A DNA stretch of 63,629 nucleotides, the filler included, from Intoshia linei (taxonomy: Eukaryota > Animalia > Orthonectida), in the NCBI GenBank assembly GCA_001642005.1. It is 4 parts of 4 records of this genome, joined end to end, with 100 filler letters (N's around TTAATTAATTAA, not from the genome) between each part and the next. Parts side by side here need not be neighbours in the genome. Positions count along the whole stretch, not along the records: positions 1 to 25,673 come from LWCA01000493.1; 3 more parts are not named here. The stretch is one strand, 5' to 3'. The notes under the pieces are model-generated. The model did not search any database, was not told the DNA's origin, and saw nothing but the letters and a program-made list of their open reading frames with translations. Positions 1 through 11,427 of this stretch are shown here, one piece after another; the stretch's first letter is position 1; every line of letters starts with the position of its first letter. A program made the position numbers and the translations under genes.

Positions 1-379
1 CGGAAATGGTGTAATTATACAGCGAGCGAGGAAAGCTGTATCTATGATTGGATTGTATAATGAATTAATCGGGTATACATCTATATTAGGTGTTATTGAC
101 ATGACAAAAGAGTCGTTCGCTATTAATCAAGCATGATACAATAAAAAAATACAATTTATTCCTGACCCATGTGAAATACAACTATATATAGAAAAAATTA
201 TGTTAGCTATGGATCAGTCTAAACCTCCTTCATTGTACAGCTAATTGAGAAATGGCCCTCCAACTTCTAATGGTGTAGAAAGAAGTTTTAGCATGCTGAA
301 GACATTACTCACAAAACAAAAGAATTTTTTATCTAGTAACGTTAAAAAATATTTAATATTGTACCATAATAAATCTTAA
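1..379 (+). mobile_element. Degenerate hAT-type transposase C-terminus (pseudogene)
   Basis: 251-379 reads NGPPTSNGVERSFSMLKTLLTKQKNFLSSNVKKYLILYHNKS*, the hAT dimerisation-domain motif (TS..VERSFS). Upstream sequence is broken by stops. Confidence 0.7.
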
Positions 380-3268
380 TATTTAATTTTTTAAATTATT
401 TTTAACAGGGGGACCAAATTGAATGTTTAATGTATTTTTTATAGGTTAAAAAAGTTAGAAAAACATGGATAGGTTAGCTTACTTTATACGCAGTAATCCA
501 TAAGCATATTTAACATTTTAGATGTAAATCAACGCATTATATACAAATATAATATACATTGTATACAAAATACCTCTAATATCAGGCATAGTCCAATTGC
601 GGCCAATTTGAGAATCACTCATGTACGGGTTTAGTCAATTCTGACATCTTTGAGTATTTAAAAATTTACTAAGTAGCTCAGGTCAAGCGAGGCCAGATCT
701 GGGTACAAAAATAAATTTTTTCTCTCATGAATGAAAAAATCTTTATAATCAAATCAATAATTATTATTAATATCTATAAATTTGTATGGGTGAGAAAAAG
801 TGAAATTTTATTATGGAAAATATAACCTGCTCATCATTTACCAATAAATTCTCATTGATGATTTTTTTAAACTTTGAAAACAACTTGATGGTAGTTTTGT
901 TATTAATTTTTGAATTTAAATTTTTATCTGATAGATTGAACTGCAAAGATTTATTTTTGAATCATTTTCAAAAAAATCACAAATTTAACCCTAGTTAGTA
1001 TATTATTAGAATCTAGGTGGTTATTTATCTGGGCTAAATTAAACTGATTAAAAATTCCAACTAAATAAAATAATTAAATTACACAATCAAAATCATAACT
1101 TAATGTCAAATAACACAAATCAAACATTAATTTCTTTCAGGACAGATGCTTCACATAACGCTTCCATCTGCTAGTTTAGTTTTTATATTTTAAAGTTCTA
1201 AATGATTATAATCGTTTTATGTAATAGGTGTACCGAAAGACCGGTTCACATCGTACGTACGGATCCGTACACCCTTGTGTTCAGGGTCGTGGATTGTTAG
1301 CAGTAGGCCTCATATAAACTTTTTTAATTATAGGACGTTTGTTTAATTTTACCGTAATTGTTCAAACAGACCTGAACCACCTATACCTGAGGCCTCGAAT
1401 AAATTTTTCCAAATTAAGCATTTAAAAAATTATATTCTTGAATATCACAACAAGTCGAGAACCTTAGAGAAACAACTAGGGGCCATATGGCATAATGCAT
1501 CGTTTTTGTTGTGTCTCTAGCTGGTCAGGTTCGGCTGTGTTAAATCGTTTATTGTTTAAAAATAACAACTATTATTTTTATTATTAGAAAATTATGCACT
1601 AGATATGTAAATAGCTATAATATACATAAAACGTAAACAATAATAACAAGCATAATTCAATAAACTCAATTTTATTTAATGGGTTCTAGAAAAATTAATT
1701 TAATTTTACACAATGTTAATATACAAATTAAAATATTTTAGGAACACATTTGTTAGGGGTCTCGCCAGGGGGGCTGCTGATTTGTGGGTGTAGAAGTGAT
1801 TTTAGCATTAAAGAACTAAAAAATTACAAGGTTTCGAAAACCTTAATTTCAATAATTATCGAAAAATTAATAAAATTTAGTCAAAATCAGTGATTCCCAA
1901 CCTGTGGGTATTTGCCCATGAGTGGGTAATCGCGAAATTTGTTCTAAAAAAATAGGAATTTTTGAATTTTTTTTGTGTCGCATGCACAGTAACGTATGAA
2001 ATATAATTTTTACCATTGAGTCCTTCAGGGTCAAAAACACAATTTTCCCTTTATTTGACTATTTTGTAAAATTAGTTTTTTAAAAAATTTTAATTAAATT
2101 TACTATTAAAAAAAATTATATGGCTTATTGTAAAAACCTGACCATCCAAAATGCAGTTAAACAATATAGTGGCTAATATCAAAATAAGTACTATAATATA
2201 GGTAATGTTGTAAAAAAGGTTGGTAAACACTCGTCTAAATTTAAAAATTGCATCTATAAAAATATTAAAAAAGTTTAACATTTTATATGCTCATTCTAAA
2301 TGACAGATAATGAGATGTATCTTTCTGCTTTCAAAATCTACCTTTTTGAAACAACCTAATGTAATCAAAAAGGCGAAGATCCTAGAGATCCGTTGATAAA
2401 TTTTAATGCAGCACTCAAAAAATTGACACTTTAAATGAAGGGTTTCCAAGTTTTCTTTATTGTGGACCGAGAATTTACAATAAAATTTCTCGCAACCCAC
2501 TAAAACAAAATTAAAAGAAATACCATAATTGTAATTAATTATTAATATAAATTTAATAATTATAACATTTATTGTGTTTTTATTTAACGGTACAATATTT
2601 GCAAATCTTTAAAAAAAAATTTTAAAAAATTTTCTACTTATCTAAAGTAAAGGTAAAAGAATTAGTTTTTACATTTGATGTTAAAAATATCAAAAATATA
2701 AAAAGAATAATGATATTTTTGGAGAAGTTATAGAATAATAGATTACCAAAAAGTGAAAAATCAGTTAAATGAAACAGGGCTCCACAATGGCTTCACAGAT
2801 AACCAGTAATTTACTATAAAATTTCTCGCGACCAATAGAACAAAATTATTAGACAAAATCACAATTAGAACCGTAATAAAACGCCTTTTTTGAGTTACAA
2901 CTTTAAAATTTGCCATACCTAAATGGTTTTATAATATATTTTAAAATAAAAATGTGACATTTTTTGCTTTGAGAACCATTTCCTCACATTTCAAACAAAT
3001 TAGACATTATTGCTCCAATTTTTATATTAAAATGGTTCAATTAAACTGAAATTAATTTTAAATTAAATTATGACCGGCTTTTTTTATGAAAACTACATAG
3101 CAATATCAACTTGAACATTAAGTGTTGATTAAAAACCTAATTATAATAAAAATAACAAAAAATGAGATTGTAAAGGAAATATAAGATTATCCATTCTGGG
3201 ACGAAAAATTCAGAAATGAAAATACAAGACAATACAATTAATATAATTTATTAACATTAAAACAATTT

Positions 3269-4269
3269 TTAAAGGTTAAGTATAAAACGTAACACTATTA
3301 CACACAGAAAAATAATAATTTCTGTTAACCCCGACCTGCGCTATACAAGATGACTCAAATTAAAACAATTTAATAATATATTACCTGTTGTTCAACGTTA
3401 TTACGATTAGGTTGGCGAAATTGATTTCCTCCAAAAGTAAAATGTCTAGTTCGAACATTACCATTTTGATTGAAATGAACTAAAAAAATTTTACAAAATT
3501 TTCCTAAAAAATCTAACAATTTCCTCCGAAAAAGGCAGAAAAAACATCATCTGGAGACATGGCAGCTAAAAAATTAAATAAAACAATGTACAACAAAATT
3601 TTAAATTAATCAATAAAAATGAAACTTACATTCATAATATTGGTAGTGTTGATTCTGTCTATTGTTATTTTGATCGTATTCAGGTCCAACTAAATCATAC
3701 TGTTTTCTTTTATCAGGGGTAGATAAAACTCCGTAAGCATTTCCAATTTCTTAATAATAAATTAAATGTATACAAATTATTTTATTAAAAGTAAACACAA
3801 TTACTTTTAAAAGCTTCAGAAGCTCCGACAGTTTTGTTTTTATCTGGATGGTACTCTAGAGCTAATTTTCGATAAGCGACTTTTAAGTCTTTTGTAGAAC
3901 AATCTTTAGAAACTTTTAAAATTTTATAAAAATCATTTTCATTTAATATAGATTTAACGTTTTCAATGTTCTTTTTAGAATCGTTAGATTTGGATGTAGA
4001 TGCTGATGAACTAGGTTTATTAGAGTTTACAGTGGATCGTTGGCGTAATTGATCGCCATTTTTTAATAAATCGTCAATTTCTGTAATTAAATCTAAAACA
4101 AAATGTATTTTAAATGTTAAATCTAAAAATTTCAACCTTTATAATATTGTTTTGGAAATAAACGATTTGCATTTTCGGCTAATTGCTTGGCTTTTAATAA
4201 ATTTCCTTTGGCAATTGATTTTTTTGCAGATATTGCAAATTCCTCGGCTGAGTCGCGATTACATTCCAT
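3269..4269 (-). CDS. DNAJB12: DnaJ homolog subfamily B member 12/14-like ER J-protein (6 exons)
   Basis: Spliced product MECNRDSAEEFAISAKKSIAKGNLLKAKQLAENANRLFP...[63 protein letters not shown]...MSPDDVFSAFFGG...RRSGLTEIIIFLCVIVLRFILNL*. It has the HPD motif, a DNAJB12-type N-terminus and a G/F region. GT-AG introns include 4093-4136 and 3341-3384. Confidence 0.9.
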
Positions 4270-5104
4270 AAAGTTAATTGGTTATTTTTTCATAAGATGT
4301 AATGTATTTATTAGTTTAAAGTTGATTATTATAGTTTAGTATTCAAATTGTATATAAAAAATGAAATAGAAATTAACAGAACAATTCTAGTGTAATTTAT
4401 GTTGGATTTTAACAAACAATGACATAGATTTTAAATTATATAGTAACCTGTTTAATATGAACTTTATTTATTTAAACTTTAGTACATTTGTAATTTGAAG
4501 AATTCATTATTTCACCGTGTCTAATAACTGATGTAACTGTTTTCGTTGATTTATTTTATGGGTTTTATATAATGTTTTATTTGATTGAAATATAAATATT
4601 TAATTATTCACACTACTCTAAAATATAAATGAAGTAGAGTAGTAGAATAAAATATTTATACATTGATCTGTTTTTATTAACATGTAAATCTTTTTGAACC
4701 TATTTCTCAACCAATTATTAAAAATGTCGTTAGATGGTTAAAATTCACTAGTTTTTAGTATGAAATGCAATGCTAGTCCGAGAAATTTTACTTTTCTATA
4801 GAATTGGAAAATTTTGATTGATTTATTTTAGTTATGGTTATAAATTTATCAATTTTAAATTAATATGAAATAACCAAATAAATTATTTTTACTTTTAATT
4901 AATTAAAAAATAAATTTCGGAAAATTTCCGTTAAGATGAGACAAACTTTATTAAGAAAATAACTGTATAAATAAAATAAACTAACAGTTATTTTAACTAC
5001 CGAGCGAAAACATAATATCACGTTTTATGATAATTATTATAAATTTAAATTGCAAACATATCTTCATTACTTTATTAAAATAACAATAATATTATACTAT
5101 AATC

Positions 5105-8100
5105 ATGGACTATCATTGTAACGTGAAGAGAACTGTAATTATTTGGTTTAAAAAAAGATAATATCATTTAGTTTGTACAAAGAGGTTCAAGAATTGCAGA
5201 AATGGACGAATTAATGAAACGAGAGTTGTCTGAATATGGTTATAGTCATTCTGAATTGAAATATTATCCAGCGAAACTTGAAATGATTATATTTTTGACC
5301 AAAGTTCAAGGATTAATGACGGATGAACGTTTCTTTTTAGCAGAATTACAAGTTTGCTTACAGAAACGATTCAATGTGAAACAGATTGATGTATGTTTGA
5401 TATATTCATTGTTTCAAAATTAATGGTCGTGATAAGTATTAAAACTTAACCATATTATTGGATAATAATTATCCCTAGCTCTCTCCACGACCCTTTGTTA
5501 AATACGATAATAATATTTTAAATAAATTTTTTAGATCAATGTGGCACAAGTGAAACCAAAAGGCCTTTGTGCTGTAGCTCAATGTGAATCTTTGAAATAC
5601 AAGTTAAAGGGAGGATTAGCCGCAAGACGGTTTTATTTTATTTTATTTTATTTATTTTGATCTAGTGCATGTTATGGTGTTTTGAGATTCATCATGGAAA
5701 GTGGCGCTGTTGGAGTTGAAATTATCATTTCTGGAAAATTAAGGGGACAGAGAGCTAGATCTATGAAATTCAATGATGGTTTGATGATACATAGTGGTGA
5801 TCATACGAATTACTACGTCAGTCAAGCAGTTAGGAGTATTAGTTTGAAGCAAGGTATTTTTGTTTATATCAAACCGTGTCAAGTTTCCGATTCGTTAATC
5901 GTGCCATACCCAATGAATATTAATATTTCTTGTATAATGCACCCAAATTTTTATTTAAGGGTTTAATCATCAATTGTAATAGTCTCATCGCTTATTATTC
6001 AATTTTTATTAATAGAAATTCCATAACAAAATTAAATTAATTGAAATTTGTTAATTAATTTTAAATTATATATTTTTCGTAACGAATTTGTATTAACCAA
6101 AAATTCCATTAATAAAAATACTATCTCTTAAGCTATATAACCTATTTTTAATAACTATAAATATAAATTCACGTTAAAATTTTTTTTAATCTATTCGACA
6201 GTGTGTGTATAATATTAAAAATGAAGTAAAAACAGTCCAATCCTAAAAATTGTCATAAATTCCACAAGAAATAAAATTATAAAAACCTATTTTGTCATTT
6301 TCAATTTGATGATATATATTCAGAACCAATTTAATAAATACTTACAAATACCAATTATGCATCAATAATTAAACGAATCTTCACTTTATCAACATATTTC
6401 AATTGAATTTTACAAATATGGCAAAGGATTGTAATAAATATAAAAATGATATTAACAATGTTGATGGCTTTTAGTTTCGTTGTTGTAGTTTCTATTCTAA
6501 ATTTATATTCAAAATATTTTGAAATTTAAAAATTGCGTAGCAATGAATATATAGATTTTCACCCATATTTCTTTATTGGAAATGTGTAGACGTTCACTGC
6601 ACATTTTTTTTAAATTGTAGGATTAATATTTACATTTTCAATTTTTATTTTAATCGAAAAATTTGAAAAATATTGGTTGATAATATATTAAAAATTATTT
6701 TTCACCAGGAATGCGTAGATTTCTGGGGTTGAAATTTTGTATATATATCAACTTGAATAAGCTCTATCAGAATAATCTTTTTTTTTAATTTTTGGACCGT
6801 TAATTATTTCACATTTTTTGTTTTAATAAAATATTTCGGAAAAAAATATATGAATACTAAAATGCTTTTTTGACCGTAAAGTCGTCACTTATTTGGAGTA
6901 AAAATTTTTATCTGTGTTAACAGGATAAACTGTACCACCTATAAATTTTTTGAAATTCTAGGGTTGTTTTCATTAAAAAAAAAAGGATAATTTGGGGTTT
7001 TGGCCCTGAATATATAATTTTTTTAAATTTAAATTTATGATAATGCTTATGATTTTAACATCCGTATTAGAGTATATATTATTATTTTTTCAATTCTTTA
7101 ACTGGTTTGATTTTTAAAAAGAGGGACAACACCAGGGTTTTTGACTCGTAAGATGTGAAATTCGGTGGTTGAAATTTATTTTATTATACGTCCCGGAAAA
7201 AACTGTAATTGAAATTGAAAACTTTATAAAATTCTAAGACTGGTAGTTATTTCAGTAAAGCTGAACACACACAAACAAAAATGGCGTAACATAATATATA
7301 AGTTAGGATAAACTCATTTTATTTTTTATGATTTTGAATAGGTATCAAATTATCAAATAGGCTAAATTTAAGTTTATTTTCGTATTTTTTTTACAAAAAC
7401 TTAAATTACCGCTTCGTTTAAATTTAAAAAATTTTGTATATTTTAATGATTTGTGTTCAGGTGCATTATGTACACTTGACTATATTCTATAATACCCAAA
7501 AAAAAATTTTATTAAAATGTTTATATAATTGTGAATAAATTGTTAGTACGTTATTATTTTGGTTTCATCAACCGAAACCTAGATTTTGGTTTTTCAAATA
7601 TGCGCTTTTTTTTGTAATTGTATGGTGATTATTTTGAATTAGAATAATTTTGTGAAAAAACTTATTCGATTTTACGACACTGGGAACGCTTAGATTGCTG
7701 AGGTTCAAATTTGGTATATCAGTTATTATAAGGAGTATCAGAATAATTTTTTTTTATTGTAATTCGGTTAACTTTCAAATTTTTGGTTTTTCATTGTTAA
7801 TAAAGTATTTTCTAAATAAAAAAAATGAATACTAAGATGCTTTTTTAATCGTGAATGCGTCACATTGTCAGATTGATATTTTTTGTGTGTCTTAACTGGA
7901 TATAATTATATCATCAGTAATTTTTTTAACATTCTAGGGCTGTTTTCAGTTTTAAAAAAAATGTCATGATTTTGATCGTGAAATTAACTTTTTTGAGGTT
8001 GCTATTGATGATACTGATTATGATTTTAAAAACTATTTAAATTTTAAAACAAAGTGTAATTTGTGGTTTTGACCATGAAAGTGTGCGTTTATGATACTGA

Positions 8101-8462
8101 AATTTACGAGAATGTTAATGATTATAAAATGCGTCCTAGAAGTTAGGTTTTATTAAATTTGTGGGTTTTTATTTTTAACAAAAGGGAAAATTGAGTTTTT
8201 GACCCTGAAGGACTCAAATTCGAAAACTAAAAAATAAATATCAAAACGCCCTGCGAAAACTATATTATAACTGTGGTTTTAATAAAATATCTTATTTTAA
8301 TTTATTTTTTATTTAGGAGTTCTTGGAATGCGAGTAAAGATTATGCTTCCGTATGACCCCAAAAATGGTGTTTCAAGAATTCGACCGGATATTGTAACGA
8401 TTCACGATTACAAAGAGGAAGAACATTTCGCTCTTGAACCAGTTATTTCTGTTTTAGAATAA
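5105..8462 (+). CDS. RPS3: 40S ribosomal protein S3 (uS3), divergent, 5 exons
   Basis: [68 protein letters not shown]...KQG|[14 protein letters not shown]. The last intron (5853-8316) is TE-filled. Confidence 0.95.
6201..7308 (-). mobile_element. Non-autonomous Helitron family A, 5' part (RPS3 intron)
   Basis: 6549-6660 is nearly identical to 9983-10095 and similar to 51270 onward; 6201-6450 matches 26981-27230. On the minus strand it begins TCCTAACTTATAT followed by a (TG)n tract. Confidence 0.8.
7600..8270 (-). mobile_element. Older, diverged Helitron-A-related copy
   Basis: Collinear degenerate blocks (tatcagaataatttttt; atgaatactaagatgctttttt; attctagggctgttttca; gtttttgaccctgaag) shared with 6710-7160. 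Confidence 0.6.
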
Positions 8463-8657
8463 ATAAAAATAGGATATTCACCCGAATATCATTGTAATTA
8501 AATTTAATTACGGTTTTAATTAATTGTACTTTGAATAAAAAAAAACTAGTTTTATTGATATACTACATGTTCGTAATAGAAATTATTTTGGTTACACGTA
8601 ACTTGAACTTTGCATTCAACCGGATTTCAACAAAATTTTAGTTATTTTAATCAATAA

Positions 8658-9233
8658 ATGCCCAGTAAAAAATTTCTTAACAAAAAGAAAAAGGGAAAGA
8701 CAAACACAACCCGTTTTGATGAAAACGATAAACCATCTCAATACGATACATATTCTCTGTATGAACCTAATCAGGATGATACTGATCCTTACAACTTTAA
8801 AGGTATGAACGAGACTTTAAATTCTAATGAATCTGTCGGCGTATTTTGTTTTCCACATAATCCATTCTTTCCTGTCCGTTACTTGGAACCAATTTGGTTT
8901 AAGCATTTAAAATACATTTTAACGTGTCATATGCATTACTCGCATTTACTATATGGACTAATGGAAAAATATTTTAGAAATCCTCAACCTTTTTTCTACA
9001 ATGTCGATGATCATGTTTATCGATCAGGCCTTTCGGATAAAACTGTAAAAATCGATATTGGTGGAACGAATTATTATTATGACGAACAGGAATTATGGAT
9101 TAACCTTCAGAAACATTGTGTTTCGGAATATTTTTACACTAGCATACCTCTAGAAATCGATTTATCTAAATCTAAAAACAAACAACAGTTTTATAGTTTA
9201 GAACAAGTTTTTGGTTTTAAATCTTGTGAATAA
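8658..9233 (+). CDS. Single-exon uncharacterised protein (191 aa), basic N-terminus
   Basis: Uninterrupted 191-codon ORF in very AT-rich DNA with a protein-like composition. No family recognised. Confidence 0.7.
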   Translation: MPSKKFLNKKKKGKTNTTRFDENDKPSQYDTYSLYEPNQDDTDPYNFKGMNETLNSNESVGVFCFPHNPFFPVRYLEPIWFKHLKYILTCHMHYSHLLYGLMEKYFRNPQPFFYNVDDHVYRSGLSDKTVKIDIGGTNYYYDEQELWINLQKHCVSEYFYTSIPLEIDLSKSKNKQQFYSLEQVFGFKSCE

Positions 9234-9380
9234 ATTTTAAATAAACATTTTACATTTACTGTCACAAAGTATGACTCAATTTGTATTATATCCTTAGAAT
9301 GAACACCATTATATTATATATATCCAAATTCGTTGTTACAGCAGCCATGATATCAACGCGCCATAAAGTATAAAAAGATA

Positions 9381-11421
9381 ATGGATCTGAAAAATTTTGT
9401 TTCAGATATAATATTGTCAAACACGTTTCAAAAAATATATGACAAAGAGGTACATTTCATTGAAGTGAATTTACGAATAGAGTTTGATTCATCAAGTTTT
9501 GTTTACATTTTTTATTGTTATATTTCAATAGATTTTAAAAATATCAGTCAGTTTTAAAAAATAAGCAAAATTTTATATTTAATTTTGTGGGCAATGCATA
9601 TACTTGATCTCGTAACATTTAATTCGATATTGGTTAATTATATAACTTTGTTTTTAGAATGTGAACTCTATTGAATATTTAAAAGTTTTAAAATATTCTG
9701 AAGATGAATACAAATGTTCAGAAAAAAAACTAAAAGAACAATATAATAAACAGATTATAAATAGCATCGAAAATTATAAAACCATTTCAAAAAAAATACA
9801 GACAGAATTAGAAAATTTATCATCGTCTAAGGAAATTTGTGTTGAAATGCAATCGTAAGTTTAGCAATATTTTTGTTATTTTTTTTATCTTAGAAATCAA
9901 TTAAATAAATTTCAAAATGATATAGCACAGTATTCCGGTAGTCATTATTTATTAGTTCATTTAAGTCAGAAATAATTAATTCCTATAGATTTTCACCCAT
10001 ATTTCTTTATTGGAAATGTGTAGACGTTCACTGCACATTTTTTTTAAATTGTAGGATTAATATTTACATTTTCAATTTTTATTTTAATCGAAAAATTTGA
10101 AAAATATTGGTTGATAATATATTAAAAATTATTTTTCACCAGGAATGCGTAGATTTCTGGGGTTGAAATTTTGTATTTATATCAACTAGAATAAACTCTA
10201 TCAGAATAATCTTTTTTTTAATTTTCGGACTGTTGATTATTTCACATTTCTTGTTCTAATAAATTATTTCGGAAAAAAATATGAATACTAAAATGCTTGT
10301 TTGATCGTGAAGTCGTCACTTATTCGGATTGAATTTTTTTGTGTGTGTTAACACGATACAACTCGTTTGATTTTCAAAAAAAGGACAATTTGGGAAGTTG
10401 AAATTTATTTTGCTAAAACCCCCGAAAAAAACTGATATTGAAATGTGCACTTTATAAAATTCTAAGACTAGTAGTTATTGAAATAAACGATAACACACAA
10501 ACAAAGCATATTATATAAGTAATGATTGCATTAATCTGGTTTTTTTATGAAAAAACCACTTTTAACTAAGCCAAAAGTATATTTTTGTAATAAAACGTCA
10601 TATATCATGATAAAATTGGTATATAGTTAAGTATAATAATTTGTAGAAAAAATAGAACAAACCAATGAAAATATTCAGTCATGCCGTGAATCTATTAATG
10701 AAGTAAAACATAATTTTTATATTATAATACTCAGTTAAGCGAAATCCAAAAAAAACTTGATAAATACATAAGTATAGCACAAGCCGATCAACAAAATTGT
10801 GAACAAATTCTATCATTTATAAAAGAGGTAATTTTAAAATTTTATGAAGGCTGTTGTCACGGAGCAGAAAAATTATTACATAATTTACATGTATTCGATT
10901 AAATGTTGAAAATTTAAGAGCATCAAATTCAGTTTTTTAAACCTGGTTTTTTAAAACGCCCATGTGAAATTATGGGATTTGTATAAAATAATTTTTTAGT
11001 GATTTGAAAATTTAAAGTAAAAAGTCGTTTTTCGTTTCGTTGCAGAATTTGAAAATGATTGAATCTGTCTTTTTAGAATAGTACAAATATAAGCAAAATT
11101 ATCAACGATCAGATCGAAGAAGCTCGTTTAATGACGGAAGAACAAACTGCCACTTCCGCAAAACTAAACATATCAATAGACGAGCTAAAGGAAAAAATTA
11201 AAAAGTTGATTTATACCAATAAAACACAAACGCAAATAATGACCCTGAATATAAATACAATCAAAGTAAACGTGGATGAAAAAAGAAATGAAATTATCAG
11301 ATTGGTTCATTTTTAATAGATATAAATAAAGTAAATCTAGGAGTCACAAATAAATGATACAATGAATTTATGTGAAAAACATATACACAAGATGAATTTA
11401 AATTTGGATAAACAACTGTAA
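9381..11421 (+). CDS. Multi-exon coiled-coil protein, uncharacterised
   Basis: GT-AG bounded exons (9381-9449, 9658-9854, 9894-9937, 10648-10702, 10735-10827, 11078-11304, 11341-11421) give a K/E/Q/N-rich helical product. Confidence 0.65.
9983..10520 (-). mobile_element. Helitron family A, internally deleted 5' part
   Basis: Near-identical to 6549-6940, then jumps to the terminal block acacacaaacaaagcatattatataagtaatga. Confidence 0.8.
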
Positions 11422-11427
11422 ATATAA

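Noticed and set aside
1225-1275. GC-richer nested palindromes (ggtgtac/gtacacc; gtacggatccgtac) suggesting a ribozyme or tRNA
   Set aside because: No hammerhead core or tRNA cloverleaf; adjacent to a family E repeat, so probably a TE end.
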